Below, in pieces: positions 23,890 through 37,154 of a DNA stretch of 64,000 nucleotides (positions are counted from its first letter, which is position 1; each line of letters begins with the position of its first letter). The stretch spans positions 2,819,000 to 2,882,999 of the forward strand of contig CM082587.2 of assembly GCA_040954595.2 (NCBI GenBank). Reading direction: 5' to 3'. The notes beneath the pieces are model-generated. The model worked only from the letters and a program-made list of their open reading frames with translations. It had not been told where the DNA came from and searched no databases. The DNA is from Balanoglossus misakiensis (Eukaryota; Animalia; Hemichordata). The position numbers and the translations under genes are program-made.

Positions 23890-24007
23890 TCAGCGCTCGT
23901 TTATATGCATTCATCACACACAGTAGATCAAGGTCGGATTGAACTTGTCCAGAATGTTGTATATGTGACACAAGTATCAGTTGACTGGACCATACATCAC
24001 GTACACG

Positions 24008-26354
24008 ATGCAGCGACTAGGTAGCGTAATGATGGCATCGGCCAAACGTGGCAAAATCATTGAATTGTCCCGACATATGAGTTTTCTGAGAGATTTTCAG
24101 GAGGGATATAAAGAAAACGCATCATTCTCGCCGTATGACAATGGATCCGGTGAAAAACAGCTACCCGACAGAGCTGATATAGTTATTATTGGCGGCGGAA
24201 TTATGGGGTCAAGCATTGCATATTTCTTGAAACGGAGAACAGCACAGAGTGTAGTGGTTGTGGAAAGGGACCCGGCGGTAATTAGCATCTCTTTTGTTAT
24301 TTGTGGCCACTGGTCATGCTATTTTTTCTCCAAAATGGATATGGTGTTACTGGACGGCCAGACTGTAAGCCAAAGCAGACCGCCTTCGCATATTGCCACA
24401 AACAATCATTTGGCAACGAACATCTGTGCACAGCTCAGCATCAAGGTCTTGAAATATACAATGCATTTCAAAGTCAACCTGGTATTGACCTTTGAGTATG
24501 GGTATGGGGTCAGCTTTTTTTTGCACACATGACAACAAAATTTCCATTTTATAAAAATTAAGTAACCTTTCCCTTTTATTTGCTTAAAGTACACACGGGC
24601 ATCAACTGTACTTTCCTTTGGCGGTATTCGTCACCAGTTTTCCCTGCCGGAAAACATTCAGATGTCAATGTTCGGTTCCCAATTCTTGAAGACTGTGAAG
24701 GAATATCTGACGGTTGATTACGCAGATCCTCCAGACGTGCAATTCCACAAACAGGGCTACTTGATTCTGGCGAGCAAGAATGGGGCCGATAGACTGATAC
24801 AAAATGTCAAGACCCAGCAGTAAGTATGAATACACTGTCTTTGATGGGATGGTTTGTGTTGTTATGAAACCTCATGCATGTGAGGTGAGGTGAGATTCGG
24901 TTGTTTTCTACACTGCATCTGTGTGCTGATTAAAAGTGCATTAGTTTAATCTTCTCTAAAATGATTACCTGATTGATCCCTACAGAGAATGTGGTGCAGA
25001 AACACATCTTCTCAGCGCAGCTCAGTTGAAGGACAAATTTCCCTGGCTGAACACAGACGGCATCGAACTGGGAGGTTACGGTAAGTAGAGTGCCACCCTT
25101 CGCTTATAATGGTCTGTTGTGAAAGGCAAGACTTGTTGAGGGTTCTGCATTTTGTTTTGATTGACAGGTGCAACCAGCGAAGGTTGGTTTGATCCTTGGT
25201 CGCTATTGGATGCTTTCAAGCGCAAAGCGTCGTCGCTGGGGGTCCAGTATGTCCACGGGGAAGTGACAGGCGCGAGAATGAAACAGGAGAAGTCACAGCA
25301 GGACGCCGGTGTCCAGTCGGACTCTAGCAAAGTCAAGTATCTGGAGGTAAAATGCGGCCTTAATTTGCGATGAAGTTTTTGCAACTAGATGGCAAATGAA
25401 CAAAGTGACACAACTTGTGGGAAAAACAAATTTGTAATTGTTAACATGTTCATTTTCCACTACAGATTTCCCTTCCAAATAGCAGGGAAGCGGTGCCATT
25501 AGTCTGCGGGACAGTCATCAACTGTGCGGGACCCCAGGCGGCCGATGTCGCCAGACTCATGAAGATAGGACTCGGTGAGGGCGATATGAGTGTAGCCCTG
25601 CCTGTAGAACCCAGAAAAAGGTTTCTGTTTGTCTTCCACAGTCCAAAAGGACCCGGGGAAGACAGTCCAATGACAGTGGACCCATCAGGGGCATATTTCA
25701 GAAGAGAAGGGCTTGGCGGAATGTACATTGGCAGTATTGCGCCAAAAGAGGTAATCACACAAGCAAGCATTTTCTGAATGTTTCATTGCATAAACACTGT
25801 ACGACATTTAATTGTCTATGAGATCTGTTCTGGTTTAGAGAAATTGAAGAATTTGTTTTTGTTTCCAGGGGGAAGAACCTAGTACAGAAGACTTGCAGGT
25901 CAATTACGATTGGTTTGATGAGAAAGTGTGGCCTCTGCTTGCACATCGAGTACCAGCTTTTGAAAATTTGAAAGTGAGTACACAGTGTTCCAATGATTCT
26001 CTTTATATAGTGGTATCTGATAAAGCTGATTTAATCACTCATAATTATACTAATGCGAGCAAAATTTATCCTAACTTTTCTTTATTGTTTTCTCAATAGG
26101 TCAGGAATGCGTGGGCTGGATTCTATGAGTATAACACTGTTGACCAGAATTGCATTATTGGCCAGCATCCGGTCGTATCAAATCTGTATCTGGCCAATGG
26201 TTTCAGTGGTCACGGAATCATGCAGGGACCAGCGGCCGGGAGAGCAATGAGCGAACTCATCTTGGACGGCAGGTTCACGTCAATAGACCTGTCCAGATTT
26301 AGCTTCAAGAGAATCATCAACAATAAGCCAATTCCCGAAAGAAACATACTATGA
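24008..26354 (+). CDS. FOXRED1: FAD-dependent oxidoreductase FOXRED1-like, paralog B; multi-exon
   Basis: DIVIIGGGIMGSSIAYFLK, YTRASTVLSFGGIRHQFSLPENIQMS, EGWFDPWSLL, LPVEPRKRF, YFRREGLGG, AWAGFYEYNTVDQN, ANGFSGHGIMQGPAAG. Intron positions match paralog A. The exact start Met is uncertain. Confidence 0.9.
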
Positions 26355-27478
26355 TGCAGAGTGCTTTTCATGAGAAGGGCGCGACTTGCGAAAAAGAGGG
26401 AAACACCAGATTTCCCTGAAACCATGTAAAGCTGAAAGGCTGCTACAGATGTAGCGTATTTGCCACAGCAGAGTAATTTATTGTTCAGTATTTTTAAACA
26501 GATCTTTAAAGATACGGTACGTCAGTTACATGATAAGTGCAATGTATGTACTTGGACACCCCCCAAATTAGACTGCAGTTCTGCATCGATAATGCACGTA
26601 TTTGCAAGGGCATTATTTTAACTATAGGTAAAGAGTTATTGTATGCCTCAGAACAGAGATGTAACTTATTATTTATGACAAACTTTTGTCCCAGAGCCTG
26701 GGCGGTACTAAAGAGTACTGCGCTTTCTTGGCAGCTGTAGGAGAAAACCACTAAACTGCATGACAAAATCAAAGTTCTTTACGCACAAATTCATGAAGAT
26801 GTGTTAAATATTGCTTGACTGTAAATGAACTGTCAATAATGCTTGCATATAGATTTAGTATCGAGTGTGGTGTAGATGTACATTATTATTTTATTTCATT
26901 GGGACTGTTTTGACATATTTTTTTATATAGATTACGTACTTGCTTAGAGGGTATTTTTTTAAACTGAGTTTTAATGTGTAGAGATTAGAATGATGAATAT
27001 AACATAATTAGCGACACTTTGTAACTGCATTTGAATCAACTTCGGGGTCATCCTGCTCTTAGAAACATGTAACTATTGGCAGATTTATAATTCGTAGATT
27101 GGGATATCTTTATCAGAGGAGTGAAACTAATTAAATATATGATAGTACAAATCTGCTCGCAAGTGTGATGAAACAGCATTGTTTTCCACACCACATGATA
27201 AATTGCATACATATTGCAGCTAATTTTGGCTTCCTGAACCAAATTTAGCCCAGCCCATAGACTTAGAGTATATATTCCAGCAATGACAAAGGTCACCAAG
27301 CCCTCCTGTCACACACACACACACACAACACAGTCTCGCGCTTTTCAGCTTGGACAAAGACCATAGTACAAAACCAAGTGCCCTTCAAATCAATGTGCCT
27401 TTATTCCATTATTGTGTAGAAAATTTAACAGCACATAATTCGAAGCAAAGACGGACAAACTGCAATAATATTATCAGT

Positions 27479-28745
<1,267 letters not shown>

Positions 28746-28923
28746 TATGGCGGCTAAACCGGAAAAAGGTCGATTTACCCGACGTGCATTGCAACATTGG
28801 GGTCACCTCTTTCGTACATACGATTGCTGATTGGCTAGTCAATGCATGAACTTTCGCCCTTTCTCTATATAGCCAATCAGAGAGAGTTTTTCATAGTGTA
28901 TATCAATGGAGTTAAAGTCTAAA
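28746..28923. promoter_or_regulatory. Compact bidirectional promoter RPS18/VPS52 with 5'TOP tract
   Basis: ATGs 178 bp apart. Pyrimidine tract CCTTTTTCC on the - strand at ~28761-28769 (TOP/TCT type). Opposed CCAAT boxes at ~28830 (ATTGG) and ~28873. YY1-like ATGGCGG at both starts. Confidence 0.7.
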
Positions 28924-31900
28924 ATGGCGGATCCCGACGAATTTGGTGTGCCGGGGAATGATGAGGTATTTACCGATTATTTTCATTCATGACAAATTCA
29001 ATGGCACGAATTTAAGTGACAGTGGTCCTGAAACCACCAAGGTATACTATTTTGCAGGCTGATCCGACTACACGACTTTACGGAGCCTGTCATCGCTTAT
29101 TGCATCGTTTGTTTACCATTTTGACACGGGTCATGTGAGGCCAGGTAAAAGGGGGAGGGGCTGATTTAGACCATGTCGTTATGATCTTATTCTTGGGCGA
29201 ATCATTACACGTATTTCGCCAAATTTTACTTTTTGGTGATTCTAATCGGTTAATCCCACCATTGATCTCAATACCCCGTTGATGTTGTTTTTCCAACTGT
29301 CCCTTTTTCATAGAATGGTGATTTGCCAGAACTGAACCTAGGGGTGCTGGACTTGACTTCAGATGAATTTATCCTTGATGAAGTGGATGTCCACATACAG
29401 GAGAATCTGGGAGATGAGCTCGTCAAGGAAGCACTGGAATCGGTACGTACAGTACAAACATGTGGATTATGCAATGACCATATCACAGTGATAACTCTAT
29501 ATTACAGTACTAATCATCTACATGTACAGTACAGTGCAGAATAATTCAACTTATTACATGTACTAATTGTTCTTTTCCAGGGTGTTGATCTGAGACACTA
29601 TTCCAAGCAGGTTGAGAAAGAGTTGCAACAGGTGGAGAATGCATCTATCCAGGATTGTATCCTTTGTACTTTGTGTTGTAAAACACACCCACCATCACAA
29701 CATAATATTTAGAATTAAAAGTGTAGTAGCTCAGGATCAAAATGTCTGCTCAAGTATAGGACTGTGTATTTTGTTTTACTTCCTTAATCTTATACTGTCA
29801 GATATCAAGGAAAGCCAGAACATCGCCAGCCTGCACAATCAGATATCGGCATGTGATACAATCTTAGAGGTCAGTTCTAACACATGATGTGTGTACATGT
29901 ACATCATCTATTCTATGATATAACAAACATCACTTAACTTGTCATTTCTGATGAAGACCCTAAGGGCACACCTGTCCAGGAAGTACACTGCATGCATCAC
30001 TTCTATGTGTTGTTTTCACAGAGAATGGAACAGATGCTGAGTAGCTTTCAGTCGGATCTTGGCAGCATCAGCTCCGAGATCCAGACTCTACAGGAACAGT
30101 CCATATCCATGAACGTCAAACTGAAAAACAGACAGTCTGTCCGCGGTGAACTCAGCCAGTTCGTGGACGAAATGGCCGTGCCGGAATCTATGATAAAGTA
30201 AGTGTGACCTGAGGTATCAGCGACCCACCCTAGGCTGTACTGACCATTTCAGGTCAAAATGAATGAAAAATCGCTGTGAGACTGATGTTGTTATATGATT
30301 ATGTGAATTGATTTTTTCCCCCTAACCTTGACAGTGTAATACTGGACACACCTGTGACTGAGGTACAGTTTCTGGAACAAATTCATGAGTTGAATAACAA
30401 GATCAACTTTGTCAAGGAACAGTCCTTCAAAGAAGCTGTATCGTGCAAAGATGTGGAAGACATCTTGGAGAAACTCAAAATAAAGGTACAACAATTTTGA
30501 AACTCTGTGAGCAGTGAAATTGTCAGAACTGTTTTACCTGAAGGGTACTGTCTTCATGGCTGTCTGTTTCTTCTTGTAACACACAGACTATCGCCAAGAT
30601 CAGAGAGTTCATACTTCAGAAGATTTATTCATTCCGTAAACCAATGACCAATTACCAAGTACCACAGAACACACTCCTTAAGTACAGGTAAATAAATAAA
30701 TCCAACTTGTACTGCAGTTGTCCGTCATATTAATAATCCCTTAGCTTGACTTTCATATTTGATTGTAATTTCTCCTTTGTCTTTCTCTCTCTTTCCCAGA
30801 TATTATTTTGAATTTCTACTGGCCAATGAGAGACACGTTGCCAAGGAGATTCGTGATGAATACATTGACACTATGAGTAAAATTTACTATTCCTATTTCA
30901 AGGGATATTCAAGTAGATTAATGAAACTTCAGGTAAGTAAAATACTACCAAGATTGGGTGTTGTTTTTCAGTAAATTTTACCCAAGGAAGGGGAGTTTGA
31001 GTTTCACAGCTATTCAACTAAATTCAATGCTTGGCGGATAAGATTTTTATTGTGATTTTCTTTCCTTTTCAGTACGAAGAAGTTGCGGATAAAGATGATT
31101 TGATGGGTGTTGAAGACACTGCCAAACGAGATATCCTTATACTTATAGAATAAATGTTGGGTATTTTTGCTTCTGTCTGGCCTTTTCAGAACAAGGGCAT
31201 ATAGACTGACAGGCTTGAAAAGGAAACTTCACAAAAGTATATAGATATGATTATAATCACTTTGACTGCTGTTCCTTGACTCCTGGGCAAGATTGTTTTC
31301 CAAGCCAGCTCTCAAGAACCGCTCAACGGTGTTCACACTTGGTAACCGTGGTGACATTTTGACAACAGAGCTGGAAGCGCCAATATTGGTGCCTCATGCG
31401 GCACAGAAGTCAGAACAGAAGGTTAGTACTTATTCACTCAAGAGACTTCACTGATCAAATAAATTTGCAGCATGGAAAATCCTGCTACCATTTTCCTCCT
31501 TTTCTTTTGCAGTACACCTTTGAATGCCTGTTCCGTAGTCAACACTATGCCCTCTTAGATAACTGCTGCAGGGAGTACCTCTTCCTGACCGATTTCTTCA
31601 TGGTAGCTGGCAACAGCGCGCAAGATCTCTTCAATGCCATTCTGGGCAAGACTCTGACGATGTTCTTGGTAAGATCAAAATTGACAAACTGTCGGAATTC
31701 ATGTGATTTGTATATCATGTCATTTTAGAGCCACCAGACTGGTACCACCCAACACACAAGTTATTTGGAATAACCAAATGTTGATGTTCTGTTTCCAGAA
31801 ACACATGGACATGTACATACAAGACTGCTACGACTCCATTGCTGTTATACTCTCTATTCACATCATTCTAAGATATCAAGTTATCATGCACAAAAGAATT

Positions 31901-33319
31901 GTACCTGCTCTGGACAAGTGAGTCATTTACAAATTATTTATCTCCATTTCTTTTTCATCTTGTCATTGAATGTCATTGTAATGACATGAGATGCATGTTG
32001 CGACTTTCTCTCAACAGATACTGGGAGACATTGCTAGACATGTTCTGGCCTCGATTCCAGTACATATTGGAGCTGAACATACATAGTATCAGGGAAACAG
32101 ATCCGCAGAAATTTGGTACGATTGATACAAGGCCTCACTATGTAAGTATACCATATTCTTTGTTATGAAATGTGACTTGTGCATTCTGTTTGCACAGTTG
32201 TGTTTAATTGTTGTGAATATATTTTGCAGATTACCAGACGATATGCTGAATTTTCAGCAGCACTGGTCAGTCTAAACGAAACCTTCCCTGACGAGAGGGT
32301 CAATAAACTGTTGGCTCAGCTGCAAGCCGAAGTGGAGAACTTTATCCTGAAAATGGCGGCCGAGTTCCCGCACCGGAAAGAGCAACTGATCTTCCTCATC
32401 AACAACTATGATTTGATGTTGACTGTCATTATGGTGAGAAGTATGCAGTGTTGAGTTCATTGGATTTCAAAATCTGTGGGAGTTCAAATGAAGTTGTCAT
32501 TGCCAAAAATGTGCAAATCAGCTGGAAAAACGTGAAATTGGTCAAAAACTCAGAACCTGAACAACCTCAGGTCAGATTGGCTTATGTTCATTATTGTATC
32601 ATTTACACTTCTTCCTCTGCCAGGAACGCACCAAAGATGATTCCAAGGAATCAGAAAGCTTCCAGCAGTTGCTGAATGCCAGGACCCAGGAATTCGTGGA
32701 GGAGATCCTGGCTCCATACTTTGGCGGTCTGATTTCGTTCGTCAAAGAGGCGGAGTCGGCGATGGAGAGAGGGCATGCCGAGCAACTGAAGAGAGAAGAA
32801 CGTGAGTATATACCATCTGGTGATAATCACTTTGTATTTGTCATTTGCCATTTTGGACACTTCTAGCACTCACAATATCATTTAATAATCATGGTCTCAC
32901 ATGCCTTCGTCTTGACCAGGTCGGGTGCAGCAGTTAGTTCGAGGGTTTGCGGCTGACTGGAAACGTGCAATAGAACTCATCAATCAAGATGTGATGAGGT
33001 CATTTACAAATTTCAAGAATGGGACCCAAATCCTCCAGGTAATGAATGGATTCATTGGAAAAGATGAATAATTTATACTTTTAATTTAAGTACATGAAAC
33101 AATACCACACACTTCACGCCACTATATCTACTCAACTCAGAATTAACGCAAGTGTTTCTTTTGCCGTTTCAGGGTGCACTGACGCAGTTAATTCAATACT
33201 ACCACCGATTTCAAAAAGTGCTGTCGCAGAATCCCTTCAAGAGCATGCCGATCAGAGGAGAACTCATTAACATTCACCACGTCATGGTGGAAGTGAAGAA
33301 ACACAAACCAACATTTTAA
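28924..33319 (+). CDS. VPS52: Vacuolar protein sorting 52 (GARP/EARP subunit); multi-exon
   Basis: LDLTSDEFILDEVDVHIQENL, GVDLRHYSKQVE, DYIKESQNIASLHNQISACD, FRKPMTNYQVPQNTLLKY, DTRPHYITRRYAEFS, FLINNYD, C-terminal LINIHHVMVEVKKHKPTF*. Confidence 0.97.
29657..29801 (+). other. U12-type GT-AG intron in VPS52
   Basis: 5' GTATCCTTT, branch TTCCTTAAT at 29780-29788, AG at 29800-29801. Removal gives IQD-Y-IKES. Confidence 0.85.
31131..31290 (+). other. U12-type intron with AT-AA termini in VPS52
   Basis: 5' ATATCCTTA at 31131, branch TTCCTTGAC at 31272-31280. The nearby acceptor that restores the conserved frame EDTAKR-G-LFSKPALKNR is ...GGGCAA| at 31290. Confidence 0.75.
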
Positions 33320-34092
33320 TAAAAGGAGACTCAGTACAGTCAAATAGTAATCTGTATTGTGTAAAGACATGAATTAAAATGTAAAAATGTTAAAGCATAG
33401 GCAATATAACTTGTTATTCAAAACTCTGGGGAAAGTAGGTACTTTACTGTCTATGGGGAAGGTGTCAATAGGGTGTCATCATGTACAAATAAAATTCAAA
33501 CTCGTGAAAGACATGTTTGATGTCAAAACATACAGACACCCATAGATTGTTGCGCGTAGATAATTCTAACCTAGCTAGGGGGTAAGACTGGCAGCGACTC
33601 TAGACCCCCTAGCCCAGGCTAGCTACAACCTCTTGTGGGGGAGAATCCGCATCTTTTTTTCTGAAGAGAGATGTTGTTATATTTGATTTATGGTTTAGAT
33701 ATGCTTATGGTTAAGCTGACATATTGGAGCGTACTCATTGTTGTGTGGATCATATAAAGTACAGTTGCTTCGAACCAGAAACATGTTTACGAGGCATGGC
33801 CTGAAAGCAAGTTAATTTTCAAACAATGTGTCCGTCATATTTAAGTTTATATATTACGGGTGCGTGTGTCAACTTGGTTATCCCGATAAACATGCTATTT
33901 GCAGATAAATACCCCAAAAGGTGTCGCCCGTGCGACGCCCAATATAAATCTGTGTACTCCTGTATATCAATACCTGAGGCCAGGGCCATGGCCGTAAAAA
34001 TAAATAAAACTTATCAATTTAATAACCAAAGTCCATTCGCGGTTGCCGTTGGATACGCATCGCACCGATCATACCTGAGTACACAACAAAAC

Positions 34093-35829
34093 ATGGCGGT
34101 CCCTAAACCACGTCGCAACAAGAACGGGGACCTGGTCCTGGATCTCAGCCGGAAAAACTACACGACGTTGCCGGCAGACGCGTTGACGCACCCAGGGATC
34201 GACGTTCTCACACTGTGTGAGAATAGACTGACGGTGCTGCCGGCGGCGGCCAGTACCTTCAGGTCGCTACGCGTACTCGACCTCTGCAAGAACTATATGG
34301 AGACCTTCCCGGCTCCCGTTCTACAGATGCAGCAGCTGAAAAGTCTCGACCTGTCGTTCAACAAATTATCGAGCATAAGCAAAGAGATCAAGGGCCTCGT
34401 TAATCTGACTGTTCTGCTTTTATCTCATAATAGTTTTAAGAGGTTCCCGGATGAGGTCTGCTTGATCAAGAAGTTGGACACACTCGACATCAGTTACAAC
34501 GCTATTGACCACATCCCTCCGTCCATTGCTCAGCTGCAAACGCTCACCGAATTGAACGCGTCGAATAACAAGATCGCGGAAATATCCGACGAGATTTACG
34601 GCAACAGGCGATTGAACATCATCGATTTGTCGAACAACCAACTGGAGAGGTTGCCGCCGTTGATTTGCATCGAACTCTCGAAACTGAGCAAGCTCACCCT
34701 CAACGGGAATGACCTGCGAGAACCGCCGAAGGATGTGTGCGACAAAGGTGTGCTTGCCGTTCGCGAGTACCAACAGTTGCAGAGGCAGCGGCAGGCTACC
34801 GGGACCGACCGCAGTCTTGGACCCGCCCGTTCGCTCCACACTCGCGGTGGAAGATACCCTCTGAGAAAGGGCCTCGTGGTGATCATCTGCAATGACAAGT
34901 TTGCCACAAGAGAGGCCAGACCAGGCGCTGCAGTAGACAGAGGTACTAAAATGTTTGAATCTTTGAAAGTTTAATTATTAAACTAACGTACATTTATATT
35001 TTTAGGCATGGGCGTGTCTGTTGTAGCCGACAATTCCGAAATAAGCATGATTATAGTATATTTTACCAAATAAAATAAGCCAATCGACAAGAAAAGCTCA
35101 AGACATCGAATGACTGAAGATATGGACAGGCCATCCGACTTGGCTAATTTTCAAGCAACTTGATATTTACCCAGATGTATAGGTACAAATAGTAGTCAAA
35201 TAGGTTAAGAAGTTGGTCAGGTTATTATATTAATACGTTTTTCTCTTATTTCCGAAGACCGTATAAAGGACGCATTCAAACGATATCCGTTCGAAATGCA
35301 AGTCTTCAACGACTTGAAGGGCGACGAGATGCTTTTCTCCTTGAAACTTCTGCGGAAAATGGAGCAGGAATTTGATTGTCTGATCGTCTTCCTTCTGGGT
35401 CACGGCACTCTTAGCACCTCCCTCGGATCCGACGGTAAATGCATCAACTTGCGGGAGATAGTCCAGGTGTTCTCTTCGGAATCGTGTCCCAGACTGGCCG
35501 GGAAACCCAAGCTGTTCTTCCAGCAGTGTTTCCAAGCGGACGCCAACGACCCCGGCCAGTTCACCCTCCCGAGCGAAGACGATTTCATGTTCGGCTCCTC
35601 CATGATCCCGACCCTGGAGGGTTACCGCGTCGCTACGCAGAAGTCGTCGCCCTACATCGAGGCCATGTGCCGGTTCATCAAAGAGGAAGGAGCCAGCAAT
35701 CACGTGGCGGAGATCATGACCATGGTAGCGGACGAGATGAAGACACGGGTGTATACGGTGAAGGGACAGAAACTGAAAATGAACACTGTTCTGTTTGGAA
35801 CTTTGACAAAGCAACTGTGGTTGAAGTAG
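34093..35829 (+). CDS. LRR + caspase-like (pseudocaspase) protein, copy 1; exons 34093-34942 and 35258-35829, 473 aa
   Basis: About 9 LxxLxLxxNxL repeats, cap LREPPKDVCDKGVLAVREY, then caspase fold: YPLRKGLVVIICNDKF..ARPGAAVDRDRIKDAF, CLIVFLLGHG, CPRLAGKPKLFFQQCFQ, small-subunit LPSEDDFMFGSS..GYR..SPYIEAMC..GTLTKQLWL. GT-AG phase-1 intron. Confidence 0.88.
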
Positions 35830-37154
35830 AAGACAAAGACTCAAGCAAAAGAAAATTTCTATTGGAAGATCTTCCCATGCTAAAATATTCTTTCAATGCA
35901 TTTTTGTAAATGTGTCATTTGTATGCAGGATACCATTTAAACATGTAAGATAGAAATATCGATTAACGTTTAATCTCCGATATATTGATTCGTGACACTA
36001 TGTATATAAACACCAAGTATTTATATGCCCAGTAGTTTTTGTGACAATGATTTTTATGATAAACTCACTGATAATAAACGTGGCCCACCAACTGGCCGAT
36101 ATATTAACGTAGGACCGCCATATCAACGTTCGACAATTAGGTAGTACAAGTTGAGTGTTACATCCATAATTACCATGTCGTGAGATCTTATGTATTCCAG
36201 GGTCTGTAGTTGACATGTCACCGTCCTTTGTATTAAAACGAATAAAGTAAACACGTTCGATTTATTTCGTTGATTGATTGATGACATACTAGTAGTTCCT
36301 TTTGCTGGAATAACATTGTGTAAAGCGCACATTTTTCTCTCTCTGGGAGACGTACAAATGTTGGCCGCCAATGGAATGGTCAAACGGTAGACACTATAAA
36401 CGGACCCGTCCAATCAAGAACACGACACCTGCGCTTTGATTAATTGCCACCAATGCTTATCTATTAAACCTCCAAACACAGGTCATTCTGGTGGGTGGCT
36501 AAGTGCGGATTAAGGAACAGGTGTGCATGCGCGGTTCGCCATCCTGGTAGAGTCACGATTTGACATTCGACCCCGAATTCTTCACACCCTACTTTTCCGC
36601 CCCTCCCTTACATGCCCTATACATGCTTACATCAATGTGTGCATATCTTTATAAATCTGACGGGAAGAAGAGATCCACAACTTGATCATATATGGTTTGC
36701 TGGTTTTATTAGTTGGGCGGGGCTGTGGGGGATCACAATTAGATGTATATAAGTGTGGTGGGAAGTTCATAAAGTAATTTTCACAGTGTAAAGGTAACCC
36801 CTCCGGAATGTGACCTCAAAATCACATGTCATCCCTGGGCCCTCTCCTTATAAAGTAGCCCTGGAGATGGGAACTTTACACGGTTGAAGATCAAAGATAA
36901 CGAGGTTTACCAGTCTGTGTGTCACTGTCTCAGGTTGTCTGTCGTTCTGTCCGTTTGTCTGCTTATATGTCTGTATGTCTCTGCCACTCTCTCTCTGCTT
37001 GCCCACCTGCCTGTCCCCCTCTCCGTCTATCTATCTTCTATCTTTACTATGTTTATTTCCATCCAGCGACAATATGAATGGTTAAAGTTCAATAGAGAGA
37101 TGTTGCCAGGGGCAATATGACAACCACGCGTAGTCAAGAAGCCCACAACAGAAA

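Noticed and set aside
33570-33615. GCTAGGGGGT...ACCCCCTAGC hairpin after VPS52
   Set aside because: Only a 10-bp stem, no second copy or target duplication seen; insufficient support.
33826-34092. 89-codon in-frame extension upstream of copy 1
   Set aside because: The other three paralogs start at the position equivalent to ATG 34093, which has good context (AACATGG); the extension has no recognisable features.
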